Below the pieces are notes generated by a model. That model worked only from the letters and a program-made list of their open reading frames with translations, ran no database searches and was not told where the DNA came from. The translations under genes and the position numbers were made by a program. From Nitrosopumilus sp. (GTDB lineage: Archaea; Thermoproteota; Nitrososphaeria; Nitrososphaerales; Nitrosopumilaceae), in assembly GCA_965197525.1 (NCBI GenBank), contig OZ240211.1, forward strand, positions 1,568,001 through 1,632,000: a stretch of 64,000 nucleotides of DNA, in the 5' to 3' direction. Shown here piece after piece: positions 10,367 through 19,834 of the stretch (positions are counted from its first letter, which is position 1; each line of letters starts with the position of its first letter).

Positions 10367-12547
10367 ATGAAACGATATTATGCTTTAGGACTCTTGCTTT
10401 TTCTAACATTTACTATTGGCATGGTGCCTAGTAGTATATTTGCCAATGTGTCCCTTGATTCTGACGGCGATGGGGTGCCAAATAATGCTGATTTGTGTCC
10501 TCATCTTTTAGAGGACTATGATCCACAATATGGTAATAATATTGACGGTTGTCCTGCAGATTTTATTCCTTGGTATGATTATGACTATGATGGCATACCC
10601 GATCACATTGATAAATGCCCAGCTGTGAGAGAAACTCACAATAGATTCCAAGACGAAGACGGCTGTCCTGATATACTGCCTAGTGATGCAAGGGGTACAC
10701 CTGACACTGACGCTGATGGTTATAATGACTTTGTAGACCTATGTCCAACCCGATCTGAGACATTTAACGGAATTGATGATCTAGACGGCTGTCCTGACGA
10801 AGCTTTTACTTTGAAGGATGATGATCAAGATGGAATTTCAAACTCCATGGATGTATGTATATCACAACCTGAAACTCACAACTTGTACTTGGATGAAGAC
10901 GGCTGTCCTGACACTGTTGATACGTCTAGTTCTACATACATATTTCCTGATGATGACGGTGATGGCATAGATGATAGATGGGACCAATGTCTGGATGAGG
11001 CAGAAAATTATAACGAATTCTTGGATTGGGATGGCTGTATTGATGTACTAGGTTCGCCTTCTAACCCTCTTATTGATTCAGACTATGATAGTATTCTTGA
11101 TTCAGTCGACGCATGTCCGCTAGAGCGTGAAAATTATAATCGTTTCCAAGATGAGGATGGCTGTCCTGATCAGCTTGTGTTTATAACTGCAGGTGATTAT
11201 GATGGTGATGGAGTACCAAACGATGTTGATCTATGTCCTTACTATAAAGAAGTCTACAATTTGTTCCAAGACGAAGATGGCTGTCCTGATTCTGTCGCAA
11301 ATGGCTTTGTAACTCATGACTCTGATGGTGATGGAATTGTTGATAATCTGGACTTGTGTCCAACTCAACCTGAGACATTCAACGGATTCCAAGATAGTGA
11401 CGGATGTCCTGATAAACATACATCTACTGTGGACGCCGACTTTGACGGCATTTTAGATATTTTAGATCAGTGTCCATTAGAACCTGAAATATACAATCAG
11501 TTCCAAGACACAGACGGCTGTCCTGACGATGTATCTGAACCCTCATCTATTCTTACCTTCATTTATGATGATGCTGATAATGATGGAATAGATGATAGGT
11601 GGGACCAATGTCTGGGCGAGGCAGAAAATTATAATGGATTTTTAGATACTGATGGTTGTATTGATGTTCGTGGATTTACTCAACCTGCATTACTTGACTC
11701 TGACTATGATTTTATCCCAGATGTATATGATGAATGCCCAACTCTAGCTGAGAGATACAATCAATTCCAAGACGAGGATGGCTGTCCTGATGCTACGTCC
11801 TATGATTCCGTATCTGATACTGATCGTGATGGAATACCAAACCATCTTGATCAATGTATATTGATTCAAGAGACTTATAATAGATATCTTGATGAAGACG
11901 GCTGTCCTGACGGCATTACTGATACTCGCTCTTCTTTTGATAGTGACAATGACGGAATCATTGATAACGTAGATTATTGTCCAACCCAGCCTGAGACATT
12001 TAACGGATTCCAAGACGAGGATGGCTGTCCTGATCGTTTACTCTCTGTACTTGACTCTGATTCTGATGGACTCACAGACGGTCTTGATATGTGTCCATTC
12101 GAGCCTGAAATATACAATCAATTCCAAGACGAGGATGGCTGTCCTGACGATGTAGCTGACCCTGCTAGTTCAGAATATCAATTTTTAGATACTGACGGTG
12201 ACGGTATTGAGGATAGATGGGATCAATGTGTTACTGAAGTAGAGACCTATAACGATTATGTAGATACTGATGGCTGTCCTGATGTTATACCTGCAGAACC
12301 TATTGATGTCCCAAACCGTGATATTGATAACGATGGTTACTATAACGAAGTTGATCAATGTCCACAAAGTCCTGAAACATGGAATAAATACAATGATCAC
12401 GACGGCTGTCCTGATGTCATTCCTGAACAGCGACGATTCATCCATGATGCCGATCTAGACGATATTCTTAACAGCTATGATGCTTGCCCTCTAGATCCTG
12501 AAGATTACGACGGCGATAGAGACACTGACGGCTGTCCTGACAATTAA
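10367..12547 (+). CDS. Secreted thrombospondin type-3 repeat protein (about 17 repeats)
   Basis: Same repeat; probable start ATG 10367 (MKRYYALGLLL signal peptide). Confidence 0.9.
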   Translation: MKRYYALGLLLFLTFTIGMVPSSIFANVSLDSDGDGVPNNADLCPHLLEDYDPQYGNNIDGCPADFIPWYDYDYDGIPDHIDKCPAVRETHNRFQDEDGCPDILPSDARGTPDTDADGYNDFVDLCPTRSETFNGIDDLDGCPDEAFTLKDDDQDGISNSMDVCISQPETHNLYLDEDGCPDTVDTSSSTYIFPDDDGDGIDDRWDQCLDEAENYNEFLDWDGCIDVLGSPSNPLIDSDYDSILDSVDACPLERENYNRFQDEDGCPDQLVFITAGDYDGDGVPNDVDLCPYYKEVYNLFQDEDGCPDSVANGFVTHDSDGDGIVDNLDLCPTQPETFNGFQDSDGCPDKHTSTVDADFDGILDILDQCPLEPEIYNQFQDTDGCPDDVSEPSSILTFIYDDADNDGIDDRWDQCLGEAENYNGFLDTDGCIDVRGFTQPALLDSDYDFIPDVYDECPTLAERYNQFQDEDGCPDATSYDSVSDTDRDGIPNHLDQCILIQETYNRYLDEDGCPDGITDTRSSFDSDNDGIIDNVDYCPTQPETFNGFQDEDGCPDRLLSVLDSDSDGLTDGLDMCPFEPEIYNQFQDEDGCPDDVADPASSEYQFLDTDGDGIEDRWDQCVTEVETYNDYVDTDGCPDVIPAEPIDVPNRDIDNDGYYNEVDQCPQSPETWNKYNDHDGCPDVIPEQRRFIHDADLDDILNSYDACPLDPEDYDGDRDTDGCPDN

Positions 12548-12601
12548 ACCACTTGGACAATTTTTGAAATAGTAAATATACCCGGTTTGTAAATCTGTTT
12601 T

Positions 12602-13561
12602 ATGCTTCCAAAATTTTCTAGCAAGGCATTTTTAGCTCCTATGGCAGGGGTTAGTGATCCTGCCTTGCGGCTACAGTGTAAAATAATGGGAGCTGGATTG
12701 GTGGTTACGGAATTTACTAGTATACACAGTATTGTTGCACGTGAACAGCAACTCGAAGAGATGCAGACAATACAACAATTTATTGAATATTCTGATCAAG
12801 AGCGCCCACTCTCAATCCAATTGTTTGGTTCAAATCTGGCAGCTTTGGAGGAGGCTGCTAAAATTGTAGAACCGCATTTTGATATAATTGACTATAACAT
12901 GGGGTGTCCTGCACCTCATATAACCAGTCAAATGGCAGGAGGGGCACTCTTACAACAGGCTAATCTGACTCGTCAAATATTTTATACTCTTGTAAATGCC
13001 GTAAAGAAACCTGTAACCCTCAAAATTCGTTCCGGTGTAACTAGTGCAAGCAAATTTCTATTTCGAGATATCGCTGAAATTGCAGAAGAAGAAGGAATAC
13101 AAATGATTACACTACATCCCAGAACAGTAAGCCAGGGATATTCTGGCCACGCTGATTGGAAGATGATCAAAGAACTCAAAGAAGTTTCTAGCATCCCGAT
13201 TGTTGGGAATGGTGACATTACTACTCCTGAACATGCTAAAGCTATGATGGATGAAACTAATTGTGATTATGTGATGATAGGACGCGGTGCTATGGGCAAT
13301 CCATTCTTATTTGAGCAGATTAATGACTATCTTGAAACTAACTTTTACACTGAGTACTCGTTTAAAGATAAGTTGAATGCTTTTTTTGACTATCTTCGTC
13401 TTACTAGTCAATACAAGATAAAATTTGCAAATATCAAAGGTCAGGCAATGCGATTTACTAGAGGAGTGCCGGGTGCCTCTAAATTACGTTCACAAATTAC
13501 TGTTTCAGCCAGTGTTGAAGAATTAGAGAAGATTATGACCGATGCATGTTATTTATCTTAG
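12602..13561 (+). CDS. dusB: tRNA-dihydrouridine synthase (Dus family)
   Basis: LAPMAGVSD, QLFGS, NMGCP, KIRSG, HPRT, GNGDI, MIGRGAMGNP; the last G of the stop codon is the first base of the MITE. Confidence 0.93.
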   Translation: MLPKFSSKAFLAPMAGVSDPALRLQCKIMGAGLVVTEFTSIHSIVAREQQLEEMQTIQQFIEYSDQERPLSIQLFGSNLAALEEAAKIVEPHFDIIDYNMGCPAPHITSQMAGGALLQQANLTRQIFYTLVNAVKKPVTLKIRSGVTSASKFLFRDIAEIAEEEGIQMITLHPRTVSQGYSGHADWKMIKELKEVSSIPIVGNGDITTPEHAKAMMDETNCDYVMIGRGAMGNPFLFEQINDYLETNFYTEYSFKDKLNAFFDYLRLTSQYKIKFANIKGQAMRFTRGVPGASKLRSQITVSASVEELEKIMTDACYLS

Positions 13562-13618
13562 GTTCTGTTAATTAGTGGGTTGTTGGAAGGTCAGAACGCC
13601 CGATAAGTTAACAGAACC
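13561..13618. mobile_element. 58-bp MITE-like element with IS6-type ends (copy 1)
   Basis: GGTTCTGTTAA...TTAACAGAACC; flanked by TTATCTTA (13553-13560) and TTATCTTC (13619-13626); core TGTTGGAAGGTCAGA shared with the copies at 38862 and 39236. Confidence 0.75.
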
Positions 13619-13655
13619 TTATCTTCTACTCTGTTCAATATTAGGGAGTTTTCAA

Positions 13656-13780
13656 GAGACTGTAAAGTTAGGGATGTAATTATTACAAGTTTTAAGACTG
13701 TAAAATTCGGGAGGTATATCGTGATCTGTTTTGAGACTGTAAAGTTAGGGAGATGACACGTTGTTTGGCTTGAGACTGTT
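13656..13780 (+). repeat. Subterminal array of 19-bp GAGACTGTAAAGTTAGGGA motifs (left end)
   Basis: Copies at 13656, 13694 (degenerate), 13733 and 13772 (partial); 38-39 bp period. Confidence 0.85.
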
Positions 13781-13832
13781 ACACTGTTAAAAACACGTCT
13801 TCTTTATAATATAGCCTGATGAGTATTATCTT

Positions 13833-14705
13833 ATGAAACAAATTTCTATTATGATATTAGGTATCATAATAACAGGATCTATGTTTACAGTTTATGCTAT
13901 AGATCAGGCAACAGCACAAGAAAAATTAATTCCAGATTGGATAAAAGGCACTGCTAGTTTTTGGATTAATGATGATATCACAGATTCTGAATTTATACAA
14001 GCTATTGAATTTATGGTCAATAATGGAATAATTAAAATTCCAATGATTCAAAATCTTGAAAATGAATTATCAGTATCAAAAAACAAGATTATAGAGTTAG
14101 AAACGAATACATCAGAATTAAAAACATATACTAGCGTATCTAAAACAACAAAAGATTTCTTAACTTTCAGCGATAAGATTTATGAATTTGGGGATGATCG
14201 TGCCAAAATTGAATATGAAACTCTCATTAAATGTAAATCTGTTGATAATAATTTAAAATTTCTTGAATTTACTAAATGGTTATCATATTATACTAACTAT
14301 ACAGATGATTTGACAATACAGGTTGAGGAACTTACAGAATCATTTGAATCTATATCCATCACTGACGTAACACCAGAAGAAAAGGTTATGCTAAAATATC
14401 TATATGATGAAACTAATCTAATAAATGGTATACACTACAGTGAACTTCAATTTTCCATATATGATGAATTATTAACATGTTTAAATGAAGTTGAGAATAA
14501 ATTTCTAAAAAATCCCAATACACTCACAAATCCAACAACACAAACATGTAATTTGTTTTGTGATTCAAGAGGGTATGAACCACAATGGGCTAAATCAATA
14601 AGTGAAGAAACTGCTTTCAACACATGTATTGATACTATTCCATTAGATAATAGCCCAGACTCTTTATGGTGTGATGAGTTCATTGAATATCTAGTGTTAG
14701 GTTAG
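13833..14705 (+). CDS. Secreted/surface protein with thaumarchaeal IPxWIK domain and C-terminal Cys-rich domain
   Basis: Signal peptide; IPDWIKGTASFWINDDITDSEFIQAIEFMVNNGII; C-terminal CNLFCDSRGYEPQWAK...C...WCDE. Confidence 0.8.
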   Translation: MKQISIMILGIIITGSMFTVYAIDQATAQEKLIPDWIKGTASFWINDDITDSEFIQAIEFMVNNGIIKIPMIQNLENELSVSKNKIIELETNTSELKTYTSVSKTTKDFLTFSDKIYEFGDDRAKIEYETLIKCKSVDNNLKFLEFTKWLSYYTNYTDDLTIQVEELTESFESISITDVTPEEKVMLKYLYDETNLINGIHYSELQFSIYDELLTCLNEVENKFLKNPNTLTNPTTQTCNLFCDSRGYEPQWAKSISEETAFNTCIDTIPLDNSPDSLWCDEFIEYLVLG

Positions 14706-14954
14706 ATATCATCCCTTTCATTTTTTAGGATTTTGAAGAAATAATATCACTGTAAATATGAATACTATTCTTGATGCTATTATTCCTATAGTTATCTTGA
14801 CGACCTATATGATGCGTTAGAGTTGTTACAACTTCTTTGAACCAAGTTGAAATATTTACAAAAGTATCATTTTTGATTAACCACAATTTGTTGTTAACAT
14901 TGGTTACTTTACTGAAAATGTCATTTTTCGCTAACTAAAATACTCTAAAATGAT

Positions 14955-15566
14955 TTACTTTGGCGGCCTCTTACCGTCCATATATTCGATACACCAAGAG
15001 TAGTCTCGATCTTCAGTTATTAAGATGTCTAACATACCTCTATCTGAGTCTTCAATATAGGCAAAACATGTAAACTCGATAACACGCTCAGACTGTCCTT
15101 TGGCCCAGTCCGGTTCCCAGTCTCGTATAATTGATGGTACATTTTTCAATGCCTCTTCATACTCTCGTGCTTCTAGCTCTCTCTCTTCTAGCTCTCTCTC
15201 TTCTAGCTCTCTCTCTTCTCGCTCCCGCTCCCGCTCTTGTGCATACTCTTCATCATAAAATGGATATACAATTACTATAATAACAAACAATAACATTATG
15301 ACAATTATTAACAAACCTGCGATCCATGAATTTGATAGTTTGGCAAACCATGATAATCTATAGAATACGTAAGTACTCAATAATGATATGAGCCAAGTGG
15401 TCATCATGAAGACCGACACATAATCTTTTGAATCAAATGTAAAAATATCGGGTTGAATGGAATGTATATGTATTACATTAGACCCCATAACTGTAGCTAC
15501 CGCAAACGCAAGCAGAAATTTCAAAAATCCACTTTGATGTTTTTCTTCTGCTGTATGAGGAAGCAT
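14955..15566 (-). CDS. Membrane protein with Glu/Arg-rich linker and partial Cys-rich domain
   Basis: Three hydrophobic segments; ERELE repeats (15-bp DNA repeats); WEPDWAK...C...YSWCIE. Confidence 0.75.
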   Translation of the reverse strand: MLPHTAEEKHQSGFLKFLLAFAVATVMGSNVIHIHSIQPDIFTFDSKDYVSVFMMTTWLISLLSTYVFYRLSWFAKLSNSWIAGLLIIVIMLLFVIIVIVYPFYDEEYAQEREREREERELEERELEERELEAREYEEALKNVPSIIRDWEPDWAKGQSERVIEFTCFAYIEDSDRGMLDILITEDRDYSWCIEYMDGKRPPK

Positions 15567-15609
15567 AAATCAAAAAAATGTACCAATTATTTAAAAATTT
15601 AGAAGTCAT

Positions 15610-15748
15610 GGTTCTGTTAACTTGATGAGTGGTAGTTTACCATATGATATTATTGACATCAATTAATACTATAACAGGCATAATCCTACATCAGCGTTAT
15701 ACTCATCCCAGTACAACAACACATAACACCCGTCAAGTTAACAGAGCC
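15610..15748. mobile_element. 139-bp MITE-like element with IS6-type 16-bp TIRs
   Basis: GGTTCTGTTAACTTGA ... TCAAGTTAACAGAGCC (15/16 inverted match); no 8-bp TSD. Confidence 0.65.
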
Positions 15749-15875
15749 CATCTTTTTGAAACCTCAAACACTTTTTTGCAATCCATTATCTCACCGTTTA
15801 GGCGTTTCATCTTGTTGCTGTCACGATCTCTCTTCCCTGTAATGTAAACATGTCTAATATAATTTGTCTTCTTTT
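15749..15875 (-). pseudogene. Decayed IS6-like transposase fragment
   Basis: Minus-strand translation ...DSNKMKRLNGEI... resembles the NNKMERxNGE catalytic-Glu region of archaeal IS6-type transposases. Confidence 0.4.
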
Positions 15876-15968
15876 CAAAACTAAAAAACAGTTTTACACA
15901 AAATAATTTTTACGCCATATCCACATTATTAGACAGGACCCAAATCACCCCAAGCGTTTTTAAAAACA

Positions 15969-16199
15969 TTACTTTATCTTTTGTGTCTTCTTTAACAACT
16001 CATGAGTCATTCCAATCATAACAAATGCTCCGCCAAACAACCCGGCTATAATCCCATATAACAAATTGCCTGTCAACCAGTCCACCATGCATATAAATAG
16101 CAGTATACTAACGAACCCACTAACTAACACTATTACTGCAATACCTACTAGGCTTCCAATACTATTAGCTGTATCATCAAAGGCAGGCATGGCAAACAC
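15969..16199 (-). CDS. Small two-TM membrane protein
   Basis: 76 aa with two hydrophobic helices and a basic tail. Confidence 0.5.
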   Translation of the reverse strand: MFAMPAFDDTANSIGSLVGIAVIVLVSGFVSILLFICMVDWLTGNLLYGIIAGLFGGAFVMIGMTHELLKKTQKIK

Positions 16200-16283
16200 T
16201 GGAATTGATGCAATATTAAAGTATGAGACATAAACAAAAAGCGTTTCTTTGTTGATTAAAAGTGCTAAATAGTATAGATCAAG

Positions 16284-17312
16284 ATGTATTCTATCAGAAA
16301 AATGAAACTAATTGTCATTGTAATAATTGGGTTAATTATTGTAATCGGAGTACCGATATCACTGATATCATTTTTCATCTATGATGCAGGGCTTAAGGCC
16401 GAGAAGAAAGAGGCAGAATGGCAGGAAAGGGTTGAGGCACATAGGCTTCAAGAAGAGAAACAAGCAGCAGAGAGGTTAGAGGCAGAGGCTGTAGCAGAGA
16501 GGCAAGAGAGGTTAGAGGCAGAGGCTGTAGCAGAGAGGATAAAGGTAGAAAAAGCAAGAGAAAGTGAATCAATCTGTCATGATGAAATAATTAAAGAAAG
16601 AATAGAACAGGCTATCGTTCTTAGTAATCGATTCTATCAAGCGTGTGAACCTGTCCAATATGGATCATATAATGACTTTGTTATATTTTCTGACAAAATG
16701 CAGACTGTTGAAAATCAGATAAATCTTCAAACAAGTTTTCAAGCAATAAATGAAAGCATACTGGACTTGATTATCACAGTTGAAAACAACTGTCAGTATA
16801 CAGAAATACGTGACATAGGTATTGATCTAAAATATGACTTTATTGTAATGAGTTTATGCTTTGAAGAAGTGTATGAGCAGTTTGGAGAATTTCCAGGTAT
16901 GGAATTAGGGGTATGGGATAACGATCATAATCCTCAACATAATACAAACAATAGCCAATGTCATATATTTTGTGATTCAAGAGGATATGAACCCGATTGG
17001 ATAATATATCAAGAAGATCTAGATGATCTTCTAACAACGTGTGTAGATGATGTACCGTTGGATAATAGCCGAGATTCGTTATGGTGTGATGAATTATATG
17101 AATATGCACTTTCGCCAGGCGGAGTTTCCAGCGATTCTAATAGCCAATGTCATATATTTTGTGATATTTACGGATATGAGCCACAATGGGCCAAATCAAT
17201 GGATGTTTATCAAGCAGCTGGAGTATGTATGTCAATCTTTAATAATTCTGAACAGGCAAGTGATGATGATCTATCATGGTGTTATGAACTTGCAGGATAT
17301 CTAGTGGAATGA
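16284..17312 (+). CDS. Membrane-anchored protein with coiled coil and two C-terminal Cys-rich domains
   Basis: N-terminal TM; ERLEAEAVAER duplicated; two copies of QCHIFCDxxGYEPxW...C...WCxE. Confidence 0.8.
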   Translation: MYSIRKMKLIVIVIIGLIIVIGVPISLISFFIYDAGLKAEKKEAEWQERVEAHRLQEEKQAAERLEAEAVAERQERLEAEAVAERIKVEKARESESICHDEIIKERIEQAIVLSNRFYQACEPVQYGSYNDFVIFSDKMQTVENQINLQTSFQAINESILDLIITVENNCQYTEIRDIGIDLKYDFIVMSLCFEEVYEQFGEFPGMELGVWDNDHNPQHNTNNSQCHIFCDSRGYEPDWIIYQEDLDDLLTTCVDDVPLDNSRDSLWCDELYEYALSPGGVSSDSNSQCHIFCDIYGYEPQWAKSMDVYQAAGVCMSIFNNSEQASDDDLSWCYELAGYLVE

Positions 17313-17441
17313 TGTTAATCAAAAATTTAGGCTGTGATTTTGTAAAACGTTTTACAGTGTAAAACATCAACAAATGCGTTTTTTTGTTGATAATTGTCAA
17401 ACAACTCCATAAAAAGTGGAATTAAACAAATTACATAATAA

Positions 17442-17489
17442 TACACTGTTCCAAATTAGAGATATTTCCAGACACTGTTTAATTAGGGA
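17442..17489 (+). repeat. Solo degenerate copy of the 48-bp TIR
   Basis: TACACTGTTCCAAATTAGAGATATTTCCAGACACTGTTTAATTAGGGA; 37/48 ungapped identity to the left TIR. Confidence 0.7.
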
Positions 17490-17566
17490 CATATACACGG
17501 TCTATTTTAAAATCATTAAAGAAAGCCAAACTAATAACAAGATAAAACATGTTATAAAAAATAGAT

Positions 17567-17833
17567 ATGACGCGCAAACTGATACTCGCACTGCCAATCG
17601 GCATCCTGGTTTGCGCGGCTGCGATATTCTCGATTGAGGAACCGTCTCCAAATCCTTATCTGATGGAACCGGGAAGTTATGCAGGGCTACAATGTTGTAA
17701 CAATCATGAATGCTACGTCGCTCATGACATAGAATGGATGTCCCTTGAAACACATGAGTGTATTCCAAGAGCAGGTGCGGACAAACAACCCATACCCGAC
17801 GAATGGATTTGGCGTGACGATCTTTTAAAATAA
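17567..17833 (+). CDS. Small secreted Cys-containing protein
   Basis: 88 aa; hydrophobic N-terminus; CCNNHEC...C. Confidence 0.55.
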   Translation: MTRKLILALPIGILVCAAAIFSIEEPSPNPYLMEPGSYAGLQCCNNHECYVAHDIEWMSLETHECIPRAGADKQPIPDEWIWRDDLLK

Positions 17834-17856
17834 TATCTGAAAAATTATAGATTCTA

Positions 17857-18098
17857 TCAGATATTCCCCATCACATACTCTAACGCAACTCTAAACTCGT
17901 CTAGGGTTATCTGTTTTTTTATTACCAGTGGTGCAAGATCAGTCATGACCCAGGCAGGTATGTCTTCTCCCATGTGACTCAGGCCCATGGCATCCAGCAG
18001 CTGGCCGTCGTCTGCCACCTCGGACTCAAATCCAGACCACGCGCGCAGTACGGACAATGCGCGGTCATAATCTGAGTCATCATCAAAAGTCTCAATCC
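17857..18098 (-). pseudogene. Orphan C-terminal fragment of a large Nitrosopumilaceae surface protein
   Basis: RIETFDDDSDYDRALSVLRAWSGFE...DIPAWVMTDLAPLVIKKQITLDEFRVALEYV; in-frame TAG immediately upstream and no start or signal peptide. Confidence 0.6.
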
Positions 18099-18125
18099 GC
18101 TATTGGCTTTTCCTAAACTTCTTTT

Positions 18126-19550
18126 TTATTCCTTATTTGTGCAAAGAATATTTTGTGCATTGGAAACAATTCTATTTGCTTCTTCTTGGCAGTATTCCAA
18201 TAAAGATTTGTCTAAAATCTGGATGAAATCGGACTTGGACATATCCATAGTAACTGATACAACAAGTGCTATCCTTAGAATTTCCAATAATTCTTTGATA
18301 AAAGCATCCGGTCCACCATATTTTTTTAGTTTTTCCTCGTCCTTAGATCCAATACAATCGCCATGAACAAATTTACTTCTTATAGTATAGGCATCTTTTA
18401 TCTTGTCTCTTACATTCAGTTGATCTTTACCAAGAAACTTCATAAGGCTTGCGACTCTTAATGACAGCCTGAATGATAACTCCCCACTATCTTGTTGGAG
18501 AAATATACTTTCAAGCCCCATTACAGCATCAGCAATTTTTCGATCTGTAGAACTATTTTTCAGGCAGTCTACATATCTGTTGTAGGCTATTGTAGCAAAT
18601 TTATCTTTTTTTGATAAAGTGTTAGATATTTTTTTAGCATTGTCTTCAAGTGAAGAGAAAAATTTTTTCAAGCATTCTTTATCTGATTGTCTAACGAGGT
18701 AAGTGTGGGCTGCACGTGAATTATCTAACGTTTCTATGTTCATTCCCCCACCCCCAAACCAAGGATCCATTATAACAGAATGCATTTTAAAACGAATATG
18801 TCTGATACTTCCTACACGGAATAATCTTAATATGGATATTATATGTTTAATTCTATTTATTAATTCTATATCAGTTTTGGCATACATCTCCACATCAATA
18901 ATGGCAGTAGGATATTGTTTAGAAACATCACAATCCGCAGGATATGCGGGAAAGTTTTCATTAATGTCCTTTTCAGAAGTTTGCCGAATTTTTATTCCAC
19001 ATCCTAGATTAATAGACGGTTCTTGTAATATTATACCAATCAGTTCTACAGTAGCATAACATGGAAACTTCTCTCCTTTAAGATGTTTTAGTGCATCAGA
19101 TACAATTTTTTTAATTTCTTCACTAGTCCATTCATGCTTGAATGCAGATAGCATAAAAAGTCGTAAAGATACATCAACTGTGTTTTTTGGTAGTTGATAG
19201 TTGTCCAAAATTAATTTTTCAAGCTCTAACACTCGTGGTGATTTTAAAAAATGCTGTGTAACAGTCATATGTAAATCCGACCAATATAAAATAGGATTTT
19301 CTTCTTGTGTCATATTTGTAATTGTTATACCATTATTATGGACACCAGAATCATCATATGTAAAATTACTTACAGTCCATCGATATTGGGAATCCATACT
19401 GTTTGTTTTCAAAGTATCATCGTTTTTGCCATTTTTGATAATCCCAACTATTTCTGTTAAGATTTCAACAAATAATTGATGAACTAGATTGTCCACAGAT
19501 GAAGAAGCCATATGATAAAGTGTTGTATGCTTTACATATATAGAAATCAT
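18126..19550 (-). CDS. ApeA-like HEPN domain protein (candidate antiviral RNase)
   Basis: C-terminal GLESIF...ELSFRLSLRVA...YTIRSKFVHG with an Rx4H motif; probable start ATG 19511. Confidence 0.75.
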   Translation of the reverse strand: MISIYVKHTTLYHMASSSVDNLVHQLFVEILTEIVGIIKNGKNDDTLKTNSMDSQYRWTVSNFTYDDSGVHNNGITITNMTQEENPILYWSDLHMTVTQHFLKSPRVLELEKLILDNYQLPKNTVDVSLRLFMLSAFKHEWTSEEIKKIVSDALKHLKGEKFPCYATVELIGIILQEPSINLGCGIKIRQTSEKDINENFPAYPADCDVSKQYPTAIIDVEMYAKTDIELINRIKHIISILRLFRVGSIRHIRFKMHSVIMDPWFGGGGMNIETLDNSRAAHTYLVRQSDKECLKKFFSSLEDNAKKISNTLSKKDKFATIAYNRYVDCLKNSSTDRKIADAVMGLESIFLQQDSGELSFRLSLRVASLMKFLGKDQLNVRDKIKDAYTIRSKFVHGDCIGSKDEEKLKKYGGPDAFIKELLEILRIALVVSVTMDMSKSDFIQILDKSLLEYCQEEANRIVSNAQNILCTNKE

Positions 19551-19834
19551 TCTTTTCTACTGTTCTGTTAACTTGTTGAGGTATAATTCCTCGTGTTAAC
19601 TGTAGAAGGGTGTTTTTTATAGTCAATTGCGAATCGCATATAACTTGTCATTTAAATCTGCATACGGATTGTTAATCTGCCCTTCCGACATACTCTTTTT
19701 TTCTAATTTATATTCAATATTATCTAGATTCTTGATCACATCCATTATACCTTGAATTAATCAATAATGTTTGCAACGGTATTTCATAATCTCTTGCGAC
19801 TAATAATTATATGTGGTTTTATTGACGGATTTTT

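Noticed and set aside
5447-12547. Diversity-generating retroelement behind the near-identical repeats
   Set aside because: No reverse transcriptase, and differences between copies are not confined to adenines
13656-13780. CRISPR array
   Set aside because: Repeat is only 19 bp with ~20-bp spacers, spacers recur between the two ends, the arrays sit inside inverted termini, and there are no cas genes
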